Shown here piece after piece: positions 47,963-63,566 of a stretch of DNA of 64,000 bases. The notes under the pieces are model-generated. The model was not told where the DNA came from and made no database searches. It saw nothing but the letters and a program-made list of their open reading frames with translations. The stretch comes from Tubiluchus corallicola (lineage: Eukaryota > Animalia > Priapulida), in the NCBI GenBank assembly GCA_030141605.1, contig JAQGDQ010000490.1, forward strand, positions 32,591 through 96,590, read 5' to 3'. The position numbers and the translations under genes are program-made. Position 1 is the stretch's first letter. Every line of letters begins with the position of its first letter.

Positions 47963-50057
47963 ATTCGTCTCCAGGCGCATTATGTCGAAAATTCCCAAGT
48001 AATGGTACCCAACATCCACCTTTGCGAACTGCAACAGATCTAAAAAGAATTATAGAAAAGCTTCTTTGTGTTGTAATTCAAGGATATTAACAAAGAAACA
48101 ATAACCCAAAAATAAATTTATCAAGTAGAGGCAAAATTCACAATTAATACCAACTAAAATCAATGTTTAATCTATCCACTCGTAAAATAGCTGTTGTTAT
48201 TGTTGCTCGCTAGGAGTCAGCGTCTCTGGTTAAAGTCATTATTGGTTCCTAAACGCTGAAAGTTTGTTTGTAGACTGCTGCTTTTCACAAGCTCTGCCCG
48301 TTAAAAATCCAGTTTCCCCCGGGTTCTTTTCTACGGAATTCCTAACAGGAACTTGTTTTTCCGATTAACTACAACTTTACCCACTTAAAGAATAATATCA
48401 ACAGATCTCTCGCATAACAAATTACTTGTACGTATTCTGTTTCCATGGACATATTATTACTTCCACCTTTCTGTATTGCAACCGCTTACTGTGAGCGTGC
48501 TGTGATAATGCTGTTATTAAATCAACACTCTACCAAACTCAAGTCAGATAAATAGATTAAATAATTTAAATATTATTATTTATTTATTAAGTTTGAATGA
48601 CAGTAATCGTTGTCTCGCTCAGCAAGCTTGTATTGTTCCACTTCATTTATGGGGTACAAATAAGGATCAATTTCTAATCAATGCGAAATTGATTGTTATT
48701 GTCTTGAGTTTGGATTAAAAGTATATTTAATATCTCTTACAATCAACTGAAGTTGTTATATTTATAAAGGAAATTCTATAGACTATAGAAGCCAAGTATT
48801 TCTATTTCTTTACGAGGTATCAACTGTATGAAATTTTAAATTATTTGACCATTTGTTGAGACAAAAAATGATAACATAATTAATGTTGCAGTTTTTTATT
48901 GTGATTATTTTATATTTGCTTTAACAAATTAACTGTCTTTTATTTTAACATGTTTAGCTTGAAAAATTTTATTGTAATTCTTATCATTTGTTATTTATTC
49001 CTTGTATATTTATTGAACTGTATACGAGTACACATGAATGATAAAAATGAATAAATCATTAAACTATTAGTATAAAAATGATTATTAATTATCAGTTAAC
49101 TGAAATTGATGTTCACGTTAATTTGTAACGTACAAATTAACTTGTACGTTAATTTTTCCTAGAATTAAATACTTAGTAATTACACTGAAAGCCTTAAATA
49201 AATTATCTTATATATAATTCGCTATCAGTGAATGTCTTGTAGTGTGCTAGCAAGGAGCTATTCATGTTGTTTTGAGATGTTATTAAAGTTGCCATACAAT
49301 AGGCCAACACACTGTGGCGATGTGCCCTTCATTATGCTAAACCTGATATAAAATGGAAGTTAGGAAGGAAGAAGCGCATGCACAGCGTCTCTCGCTTCTT
49401 GAACAGGCCGGCCAACTAGACGGTACCCTAGTTTAGCAATGTACTCAAAATGTATATATAATATGTATATATTATATATACATGATGTAAACGCGTTTTC
49501 AGACGGTATATATATATATATATATATATATACCTAGATCACTTATCATTAATAAATATTAGTATAAAAATGATTATTAATTATGAGTTAGCTAAAATAG
49601 ATTTTCCTATCTATTTTGTACGTTAAGCTTTAAATAAGTTACCTATCGTGTATATACTTACGCTGTCAGTGAATACTTGTAGTGTGCTAGCACTACAAAT
49701 ATTATATTATATGTCAAAATAGATATATAATTCTCGTATTATATGTCAGAATATATATTTATATATAAACATGTTACATATATATATATATATACTGTTA
49801 TATATATCTAAGAAGTCGTTGGAACCCAGTTCCAGTTTTCGTTATACGTATATTATACTGCTTTTTAATAGGAGATTTAGAGATATGCTATGGTGCAATT
49901 AAAATTGTTACTGTGGTTAATTTAACTCAAATAAATAAATAAATAAACAAAGTAGTAGCTCACACAATTGCTCAATTCGCTTTCATTGACTACACAGTTT
50001 TAGCATCTAAATGAGCTGACACAAATTGAATAGCGTGGATTTAATAGCCAACATCCT

Positions 50058-50073
50058 GCTGCCATCTAGTGGC
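50058..50073 (-). promoter_or_regulatory. CTCF-like motif
   Basis: Minus strand GCCACTAGATGGCAGC matches the CCACYAGRKGGC core. Confidence 0.6.
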
Positions 50074-50222
50074 AATTTACTTAAATAAATAGTCTGTGTC
50101 AGAATGCGTATTTGGCTACTACTCTACACTTGTGGAATCAGGTGTTTAAGTCACCAGCCTGATATTTTCCTTTTTAATATGATATTAATATTATCATTAT
50201 TATTACAGTGTCAACAACCCGT

Positions 50223-50481
50223 NNNNNNNNNNNNNNNNNNNNNNNNNNNNNNNNNNNNNNNNNNNNNNNNNNNNNNNNNNNNNNNNNNNNNNNNNNNNNN
50301 NNNNNNNNNNNNNNNNNNNNNNNNNNNNNNNNNNNNNNNNNNNNNNNNNNNNNNNNNNNNNNNNNNNNNNNNNNNNNNNNNNNNNNNNNNNNNNNNNNNN
50401 NNNNNNNNNNNNNNNNNNNNNNNNNNNNNNNNNNNNNNNNNNNNNNNNNNNNNNNNNNNNNNNNNNNNNNNNNNNNNNNNN
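50223..50481. other. Assembly gap (259 N)
   Basis: Run of N. Confidence 1.
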
Positions 50482-50859
50482 AATCAAATTGACAAAAAGT
50501 AATACTCGCCTCGGTTATCATTTTATACTCAATTGGCTCGACACTTTTTGTTTTCACCGTCTATTTTCTTTTCAACTCTTAAGCTCATTTCATCACTGTT
50601 ATGATGACTATTATTATTGTTGTTATTTTATGTTTATCCGATTATGATCATTTTCTGTTTTGTTTCTAAACTGTCTTGTTTAATTTGAAAAGGAAATGGC
50701 TGTTGCTTTATGGTTTTCTGTTTTTTTGTATTTTAGTGTTTTGTTTCGTCATTTAAAACTAGTTTCATTCGTTTTGTTTGTTGTTGTCATTATTATATTT
50801 TCTCAATTTGACGAGTTTTTGTTTGTTTAGCAACAGATTAAATCGTCGCTACATTTTTA

Positions 50860-52465
50860 GGCAAGAGACATTTGAGCACAAGAGATTGGCATTAAGATAT
50901 TTGGGTACGATGCATTTGGGCATAAGGCATTTGGGCATGAGATATTTGGGCATGAGACATTTGGGCACGAAGCATTTGGGCACGAGGCATTTGGGCATGA
51001 GACATTTGGGCACGAGACATTTGGGCACGAGACATTTGGGCACGAGACATTTGGGCACGAGACATTTGGGCACGAGACATTTGGGCATGAGACATTTGGG
51101 CATAAGACATTTGAGCCCGAGACATTTGGGCACGAGGCATTTGGGCACGAGGCATTTGGGCATAAGGCATTTGGGCATGAGATATTTGGGCATAAGGCAT
51201 TTGGGCATAAGGCATTTGGGCACGAGACATTTGGGCATGAGATATTTGGACATGAGACATTTGGGCACGAGACATTTAGGCGTAAGACATTTGGACATGA
51301 GACATTTGGGCACGAGACATTTGGGCATAAGGCATTTGGGCATGAGATATTTGGGCACGAGACATTTGGGCGTAAGACATTTGGGCACGCGACATTTGGG
51401 CATGAGGCATTTGGGCATGAGACATTTGGGTGTAACACATTTGGGCACGAGGCATTTGAGCACGAGACATTTGGGCGTAAGACATTTGGGTGTAAGACAT
51501 TTGGGCATGAGACATTTGGGTGTAAGACATTTGGGCACGAGGCATTTGAGCCCGAGATATTTGGGCGTAAGACATTTGGGCATAAGACATTTGGGCATCA
51601 GGACACGAGACATTTGGGCATGAGACATTTGGGCACAAGACATTTGGCTGTGAAACATTTGGGCACAAGACATTTGGGCGTAAGACATTTGGGCGTAAGA
51701 CATTTGGGCGTAAGACATTTGGGCATGAAACATTAGGACATGAGACATTTGGGCACGAGACATTTGGGTACGAGACATTTGGGAGTAAGACATTTGGCGG
51801 CAAGACATTTGGGCAGGAGACATTTGGGCGTAAGACATTTGGGCAGGAGACATTTGGGCAAGAGACATTTGAGCGCGGAACAATGGGGCATGAGACATTT
51901 GGGCACAAGACATTTGGGCAGGAGACATTTGGGCACAAGACATTTGGGCATGAGACATTTGGGCATAAGACATTTGAGCCCGAGACATTTGGGCACGAGA
52001 CATTTGGGCATGAGACATTTGGACATAAGACATTTGAGCCCGAGACATTTGGGCACGAGACATTTGGGCATGAGACATTTGGGCATAAGACATTTGAGCC
52101 CGAGACATTTGGGCACGAGACATTTGGGCATGAGACATTTGGGCATAAGACATTTGAGCCCGAGACATTTGGGCACGAGACATTTGGGCATGAGACATTT
52201 GGGCATAAGACATTTGAGCCCGAGACATTTGGGCACGAGACATTTGGGCATGAGACATTTGGGCATAAGACATTTGAGCCCGAGACATTTGGGCACGAGA
52301 AACATTTGGGCACAAGACATTTGGGCATAAGACATTTGAGCCCGAGACATTTGGGCACGAGACAATGAGACATTTGGGCATAAGACATTTGAGCCCGAGA
52401 CATTTGGGCACGAGAAACATTTGGGCACAAGACATTTGGGCATGAGACATTTGGGTACCAGGCAT
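50860..52465. repeat. 15-bp minisatellite (GAGACATTTGGGCAY), ~1.6 kb
   Basis: About 100 units, with exact 60-bp higher-order repeats at ~51950-52300. Confidence 0.96.
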
Positions 52466-52749
52466 TTCGATACCCCTAAAATTAAATGTTCAATGCAGAT
52501 GAAAACATCGCAAGTTTACATTGCATTTTATTAAAAGATGACGTCATTTATTTCAGAAATGTACAAAAAACATTAAATACAAGTATAAAATGTGCGTCAC
52601 AAATAATCTGCTCACACCAAAATCTAGCCTCAGTAAAACTGGTGTAGCCATTTGACTAGCATGATAGCATAATAGTGTGTAAATGTATTCATTGGACCCC
52701 AGGACGGCAGATGTGATTCAAAAGAGACCACCTAGAAAGACATGTTTCG

Positions 52750-53135
52750 TTCATGCATTTTCTGTATCTGTTGTAAATAAAACATGCAGATGATAAAATT
52801 TAATATTATGCGCTCAATGGTGTTTTCACGCGCTAAATGAATTATACTGTAGTTGCTTTTACTTTCAATAATACGATCATACATGCATTTTGCTGTATTT
52901 GTTGTAAAATACATGATAAAATTTAATATCATGCACTTAACAACGGTGTTTTTCCACGCGCTAAATAAGTTATACTGTAGCTGCTTTTACTTTCAATAAT
53001 ACGATCATACATGCATTTTGCTGTATTTGTTGTAAAATACACGATAAAATTTAATATCATGCACTTAACAACGGTGTTTTTCCACGCGCTAAATAAGTTA
53101 TACTGTAGTTGCTTTTACTTTCAACTATAAGATCG
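52750..53135. repeat. Tandem repeat, ~128 bp x3
   Basis: ATACATGCATTTTGCTG starts at 52879 and 53007; diverged first copy near 52750. Confidence 0.9.
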
Positions 53136-54159
53136 TACTCACGAAAACACTGCTTTCTTTTCTTACAAAAACTTACAAATAATCTTGCTGTTGAAAATGA
53201 TGTTAGTTTGTGATGTCTGGAATAGTTAGATTCGCCCCTTAATTAAGTTTTCAATCAATTATTTAATTATCAGAAACGCTTTTGCAGCATTAATTGCGTT
53301 AAAATGTGTGCTTTTTATCGGACTGAAAAATGGGATAGTATATGAAAAACCATCCTGTTTTCTTTCAACTTTCGTTGTCAATCACGCCTCCCGAAAGGCG
53401 CGAAAATTACGGAATTTCAAATATTCGTAGAATTTTGACGTATTTTTACTACGAGTAATAGTAAAATAATTTGGTTAAAGTCTATTTATTCTTGTGGTTA
53501 ATGCTGCTTGCTGATTATTGTTGTTTATTGCATTGCGTGTGAGGTAGCCACGATGGGCATGGCAAACTATCAAGACTTTATTTAATCAACTACACATTTA
53601 TTAAATATCAAAAACAACACGGTAAATATAAGAGGATAGTAATGCCAGCCCTCCGTCTTCAAGTCAGTTCCTAATTTCCTCGAGGTGCGGGCCTCAAAAC
53701 ACTTTTGTCTAACTACCTAAGGATTACAACATCAATCTTTACTTATGAGTCAGCCGGTCGAACATCAGCGGGTCACCTGATGCCACACCTAACTAGGCTT
53801 CTACCCACGACGATAGTTTAATCTTGCATCATCAAGTATTTAATCTTGAATTATTAATTTAATAATTTAATCGATAAATTTAATCAAAATTATTTTTAAC
53901 ACAGCTTTCCTTTACTCTTAGAATGTAATGATTATAATTTTTTTAAACACAGCACAGCTGCATTCAATTCTAAATTACATTGTAACATATTAACTTGAAA
54001 GAAATTGTACTGCTCATATATTTTATCAGAAATACTAGACCCATTAATTCTTTTTTACCATCGTTTTGTTGTTTTTATTACTACTCGTGCGAGTAATCTT
54101 GAGTGATAACACTTTTTTATGAATTACTTATGTAAAGCATATTCGAAATAAAATGTCTC

Positions 54160-54357
54160 AGTTTAAACATAATTTGTTATAGGATTGGATCAGACAGTTT
54201 GAACAACATGATTTAGGATCCTCACCACAACAGACTTTATACAGTATTTACAAGAACATTTACAATAAAAATCGACTATAACTACACAAGCTGACAAGCT
54301 TTACTACAAGATTACATTAGACATTAGTAATATTTAAGACTGATGCATTTCATATCA
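54160..54357 (-). mobile_element. CR1-like LINE 3' UTR fragment
   Basis: Matches 14829 onward and 56260 onward. Confidence 0.75.
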
Positions 54358-54602
54358 TTTCATACCTCCCAAAAGACGGGAAAGCAACGGAATTTCAAAT
54401 ATTCGTAGAATTTCAACGTACTTTTACTACGAGTAATCCACCTACATTTCTTCTCACCAATATGAGCTTAATTACAAGGTATTCATACCTTTCAATTAGC
54501 AGCTGATTGATGAGAAATCTGTTGAAAACTCAGCACAATGTAGTAAGATGATCAATCAACCTTTTGGTTTCTCTGTCTTGGACAGGTTGTTAAATTAGAA
54601 GG

Positions 54603-54618
54603 ACACTAGGGGGCGCTG
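54603..54618 (+). promoter_or_regulatory. CTCF-like motif
   Basis: ACACTAGGGGGCGCTG. Confidence 0.55.
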
Positions 54619-54978
54619 ATGGTACCGCTATTAGGTGGTAATTGTATGTTTTGCAAACCATCAATTGTGCACAGTTAGTGGAACGTTTTAGGGGCTTTTA
54701 TTAAACGACAATTATGAATAATTGCGAACCATGAAGTTAATTATATAGTAAGTATAGCTGGAGGTTTTAGCGTAAAATATCTTTTTTCTTTCATTCCGCC
54801 ATGTTTTCAATGACAAATCAACTTGAGTTTTTTTTTAGTGACAAATTGGCGGCGCGAATTTAGTAAATGCTGCGTGAAATTAGAACGAATCACTCGGCGT
54901 AAGCGGTGGAGGGGGAGGGGGAGGTGGAGGGGGAGGGGGCAACAGACCCCCTTTAACTTTCACAGCCACATTACTTAA

Positions 54979-56248
54979 AGGACAAGAAAAGGGGCGCCTG
55001 AAGTAGGTTTCAGAAAAATCGTCTTAAAAATTATATTACTTTATAGCAATTTTATGCACATATCTTGCTCGCACTGAAAAGAGTTTTAGTTTGTTTTCAT
55101 TTTAAATCTCCCACAATACTGTTCCGAAGTCGCCATTGCATGACGTCATGTACCAAACGTAAAACAAAAGAAAAGGCAATGTTAAATTATGTCTCAAAAG
55201 ACTTTCCTTGCAAATCTACATTACTTAGATTTTCGCTTACCTGATAGAGAGATTTATGTAACTAGAAAAGGAAATTATTAATTATTTAAAATGTTTTCAC
55301 CAATTGGTAAAATTTCGCAGACTCACCCTCCAGGGTGCACCACTCAGTAACCAAAAACGTATTTTTAATCTTATTGACAAGATACAGTAATTTAAAATTT
55401 TATTTAGTTAGTGACGTGTGCACTACGAATGCTCTGATTATTTTTTCAAACTTTAAAAAATGTTACCTAAACTTGTTTCAAATGACCTGTCGTCAAAATG
55501 GCTGCGTCTAACGGTCATCGCGGGAGTTTAAATTTAGATGTTTTATACATCGTGACTGCCGATTGAAGTCCTGCACGCAAAAAGGCAGTATGTAAGCGAT
55601 ATAAAATTTCAAAACGAATTTTTCAAGATTTATGTTTATGAAGGGTTTTCTTGTGCTTTAACAACTCAGTGCGTTTTGGTGCAAAGGTAGTTGAAATTCG
55701 GGCTACTTCCCTTTCTAGAAAGCTGGAGAAGCTTCAAACTTGCATTAGTCCATTTTCTTGCCAGACAACTAGAAACAGTAACAAAATGATCAGAGCATAC
55801 TTCCATAACTAAGTAAAATTTTAAATTAATGTGTATCTTATCAATAAGATTAAAAATACTGGTTAATTTTGATTAATGAGTGGCGCACCCTGGAGGGTGA
55901 ATCAGCGACATTTTACCAATTGGTGAAAACATTTTAAATTATTAATAATTTTCTTTTCTAGTTACATAAGTCTTTCTAGTAGGTAAGCGAAAATCTAAGT
56001 AATATAGATTTGCAAGGAAAGTCTTTTGAGACATAATTTAACATTGCCTTCTCTTCCCTTCATTTACGTTTGGTACATGACGTCATGTAATGGCGACTTC
56101 AGAACAGTATTGCGGGAGATTTAAAATGTAAGCAAACTAAAATTCCTTTCAGTGCGAGTAAGATATACACATAAAATTGCTATAAAGTGATATTATTTTT
56201 TAAAACGATATTTCTGAAACCTTCTTCAGGTACCCCTTTTCTCGTCCT
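54979..56248. mobile_element. Kolobok/T2-like non-autonomous element with ~470-bp TIRs
   Basis: TTAA|AGGACAAGAAAAGGGG ... CCCCTTTTCTCGTCCT|TTAA; ~54979-55445 is the inverse of ~55783-56248. Confidence 0.9.
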
Positions 56249-56259
56249 TTAAAGCGAGT

Positions 56260-56901
56260 TTAGTTTAAAGATAATTTATTGTAGGATTGGATCAGACAGT
56301 TTGAACAACATGATTTAGGATCCTCACCACAACAGACTTTATACACTATTTACAAAACATTTACAGTAAGAATTGACTATACCTACACAAGCTGACAAGT
56401 TTTACTACAAGATTACATTAGACATTAGTAACATTTACAGTAAGAATTGACTATAACTACACAAGCTGACAAGTTTTACTACAAGATTACATTAGACATT
56501 AGTAACATTTACAGTAAGAATTGACTATAACTACACAAGCTGACAAGTTTTACTACAAGATTACATTAGACATTGGTAGAAAATGACGGTTAGAAAATAT
56601 TAATGTACGAATATTTAAGACTGATGCATTTAATATCAGATAGAAACTACTGGAAGCGTTTAGCACGTAAAATAAAGTCATGTATGCATTGGAATATTTT
56701 ACAGTTAGCAACATAGTTAAATTCATCTTTTCCGAATAATAACAACTTCAACAGATCATTAGTTCCTAAGGCAGTTATATTAAGGTTTTCAGGCAGAAGT
56801 ATTTGATTTAGTTTACCAAACACAACAGCCCTAGTTTGTTGATACAATGGGCAGTGCAACAAAAACTGTTCAACAGTCTCGGAATCCACAGTTACTATTC
56901 A
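56260..56901 (-). mobile_element. CR1/L2-like LINE 3' fragment with 3' UTR
   Basis: [15 protein letters not shown]...RAKRFQ*; UTR contains three ~72-bp units. Confidence 0.82.
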
Positions 56902-57627
56902 AAGAGAGCTTGAGTGATAACAGCAAAATAAACCCAATATGTTAAACGGCATGTTTTTTCCTTTAATCTTCGAGTGTAGCTAATACGAATTATAGTACAG
57001 TTTGTCGAGCTGTAGAGAAGTTTTAGAAAAATTAACTAATTTCATAATTTAAACGCAAAGACGTACAAGAAACCCCCGAAATTTGGAGAAAATTTCTTTA
57101 GATTAATTTAATCTAAATTTGATTTAATTTAATATAAATATCGTGTAAGCTGCATCTTTGTGAACTCAGTAATCTTGGAAACTGTTCCGCTAACGTGTTG
57201 CTTTTGCTGTCATTCTGTTGTCTTTTGTTATCATTCTGTTGCCGTTTGTTGTCATTCTGTTCTGTAACTCGCGGTTTCAGTAAATGATCCATTTGTGAGT
57301 TTGTCGTAATGAAAGAGTTACGCCTAATCGTGCTTTTTCTCACAATAACGTATAAAGAGTTGCGACGCATGAGATGATCCATTTATGAAGTATAATGTCA
57401 CGTTTTCGTTTGAAGTTTACATTACGTAAACTTAATGAGTTAATGCGTGGGCGTATGGGTTTATATTCGTGAGAGAACTGAACAACTTATGTAACTAAAT
57501 TTAGAATGAAGCGTTGTTTCTGGTTTTGTCTTTGCACATTTAGTGGACATACACAGCTGGAGGTAATTTTTAAAATACAATTCTCACTGCCAGATGTACT
57601 TTGTGTTGAAATGTTCTTTTTGTTCCC

Positions 57628-60480
<2,853 letters not shown>

Positions 60481-61034
60481 TCTGTGTTTATAAGTGCCTA
60501 TCTGTGCCTCTCTGTGTTTATAAAATCGTCCTCTAAATTTTGTACTTTTGAAATTGCCATTTTCATCAAGTGCAGAAACTGATTGTCTTTTCAAGTTATC
60601 AGTTTTTTTGTTTTGACTTTCGTTATTTACTGCATGATTATAAACTTGACAGGCTGTTCATTTATGCGGTGCTTATGTAGCGTGCGGATTTCGATGCGGA
60701 AGCGTTTTTCCCGATTTCGGAACAGTCTGCGGAAAAAAGATCAGAAGGAAATAAGAAATAGCTGCAGAAAGCGAATAACGCATGCGCAGGCTGTGTAAAC
60801 GCTATTTTAGATAATGCTTTATAGACTTTTATGGCACGTTTTACTACATGTAGTATTAAATTTTTCCGACTTTTTTTGATTGATTTGTGAATTATCGATA
60901 ATCTTTTGATTGTGTCAACTTTAAGACCTAAGGCACAGGGCCTTTTTAACAAACAGTTTACATTATCTTATTGTAAACATCTTAAAAATAAATAAATAAG
61001 TAAATATGTAAGTAACTAACTAAGTTTCTATCGA

Positions 61035-61100
61035 ACTAACTGACTGACTGACTGACTGACTGACTGACTGACTGACGACTGACTGACTGACTGACTTATC

Positions 61101-61159
<59 letters not shown>

Positions 61160-61285
61160 CAACTAACTAACTAACTAACTAACAACTGACTAATTATATA
61201 ACTAACTGACTGATTGGCTGGCTGATTGACTAACTAACTAACTAACTAATTATCTAGTTAACAAACACACTAACTAACCAACTAA
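61035..61285. repeat. (ACTG)n/(ACTA)n microsatellite
   Basis: Direct reading. Confidence 0.9.
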
Positions 61286-62470
61286 ATAAATAAATAAACA
61301 AATACCCAACGAATACATAAATAATTAATTAATTATGTAAGTAACAAATAAGTACTAAATGAATAAATATTAAATAAATAACCAATTATATAAATAATTA
61401 ACAAATAAATGCTAAATAAATAATAAGTACGAACGATGTTATCTTTTCCTTTCTTTCTCCTATCACTTTTATAATGGTAAGAATTGAGAAAACATAAGAT
61501 TTTTCTTTTTTCAACCATCAGAATTCCCCCCCCACACACACACACACACGCACGTAATCATCTCTTTCTTAACAAAAACTCAAAGCTTTCTCACTCTGCC
61601 TCCCTCAGGCAAATCATCAAGTACCTCTCTGAGCTTATTATTTACCCATTATTAGCATCACGTTTACTTTGACACTTGAGTGAATCCTCTCACACCTGGC
61701 CAATGAGATTACAGTTTGAACAGGTAATGTGTCTATTGGCAGATGAACAGGTAATGCGTCTGTTTAGTAAGCGTTTAGTACGGTGCGGCTCGAGTGTTGA
61801 CGATAAGTGGCAATTATGCCATAAGCGAGCGAGCAAGCGTAGTGTGAACGGTGCTTTATGTGCTGGTGAAGTATTCCAGTTATACGAAAATTTTTGAGAT
61901 GTTAAAATTTCCTTTATCGTACTGTTTAGGTGTCCGCGTTCAGTGTTAAAAATGACTTATCTCGAGACCAGATTATACGCTATTTTATATCGGGATTATC
62001 AAATTTATGGATTTTATAAAACTGGTAATATGCACAATCTTCATCATGATCAGGAGATTCTGTATTCTGAACTCGACGAAACGGAAAGTAGACTGATTTA
62101 TTTTATCAAAATTTGGGATCAAGCGTTTCTGTGATAATAATACTTTTTCTAACTGACTGACTGACTGACTGACTAACTAACTAACTGACCGTGAGAAAAT
62201 TTTGCGATGAATTTCTGCAAAATTAGTCACAACTGTAACCAGTTTAACCATTTTCCACTGCCGATAGCGTAGAAGAGATTCACGTTCGGTTACAACTTCA
62301 CGGTCAAGGCTTCAACTGACCACCGGCCAGTGATGTGCTGAATTTGTGATGAATTTCTGCAAAAGTAATCACAACTGTAACCAGTTTAACCATTTTCCAC
62401 TGCCGATAGTGTAGGAAAGATTCAGTTTCGGTTACAACTTCCCGGTCAAGGCTTGAACAGACCACCGGTC

Positions 62471-63068
62471 ATGTCTGGTCAATATTCGCGGGAGAGAAAG
62501 AGACACAAGCTGGGCTTCAGTATCGACGCTATAATGAAGCCAAAGACACCACCTCTTTCTGAGAGCAGTACCTCTTCGCCAGACCGCTGCGACGTCACTT
62601 CAGGTCGCTATGACGTCACAGCTGGTCGACGTGACGTCACCCGTGAGGTAAACGAGCATCTTTCGCAGCGAGAAAAAGAAGTGAGCGCTTCAAGAACCGC
62701 TTCTAGAGGAGCAGAAGATGTCAGACGTGTGCGCGGACACTTGGACGAGACGACGTCGCCAGCAGCGCCATCTTTTAGCAACAGTTCGAATTACATTGCC
62801 GATACGTCCTTTAACACCTTATCGTATTCAGAACAGTACTTAGACCAACTATATCGCGTGAATTCCGCCCGTTTACCGGGATTGCCGGAACTTCCTGGCG
62901 CCGGATATGGTTTGTATTCCACATCCGGTTTGCAAGAAGCAGCGGCGTTACACAGTCGGTTGGCACAGTATCCGTATTTGTTGCCGCACGTACAAAATCA
63001 TCAACACCTAAGTCACTTTACCTGGTTACTCTCACGGCAAGCAAGTAGCTGCTCGTCTCCCGTGTTTG
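62471..63068 (+). CDS. Emx: Exon 1 of an Emx/empty-spiracles-like homeobox gene (homeobox beyond the window)
   Basis: N-terminal eh1 motif KLGFSIDAIM (cf. ems K.GFSIDSI) and HFTWLLSR (cf. ems YPWLLSR); phase-1 donor tttg|gtaagt. The homeodomain is not visible. Confidence 0.68.
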
Positions 63069-63566
63069 GTAAGTGCGCGATTCTAGTTGAACAGACAATG
63101 CTTTCTGAAAATATTGCTAGCCATTCATCTGTTCTTGTATTTATCCAGGCAGCACATAACATACATATATACATCCATATATATATATACATATATATAT
63201 ATACATCCCCATATATATATTATATGTATATATATATATTATTTAATATATATATATAAAATAACAAAAAAAGTTATACATATATACAAATATATATATA
63301 TATATATTATTTAATATATATATAAAATAACGAAAAAGTTATTTTATATGCACACACACACATATATATATATATGTGTACATATATGAGGTACATATAT
63401 ATATGTGTGTGTGTATGTGTGTGTATATATAAAATAACTTTTTTTGTTTTAAGCGAATTGACATACAAGTATTATTACTGATCGTAGTTTTTCTACTGTG
63501 TAACAAATTAGGCTACATTTTAGTTGAGAACAGATGTATACAACTGGTTATCAAGGACATAGTGAC

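Noticed and set aside
49300-49440. Possible Helitron 3' end (GC patch plus CTAG)
   Set aside because: No convincing hairpin and no second copy in the window.
50104-50557. ORFs spanning the N run
   Set aside because: Artefacts of the assembly gap.
50778-52465. Long repeat-protein ORFs (up to 538 aa)
   Set aside because: Explained by a 15-bp unit lacking stops in several frames; frame-breaking indels; no unique domain.
54911-54939. G-quadruplex-like motif of four G5 runs
   Set aside because: The motif is real but isolated and probably a repeat fragment; no evidence of function.
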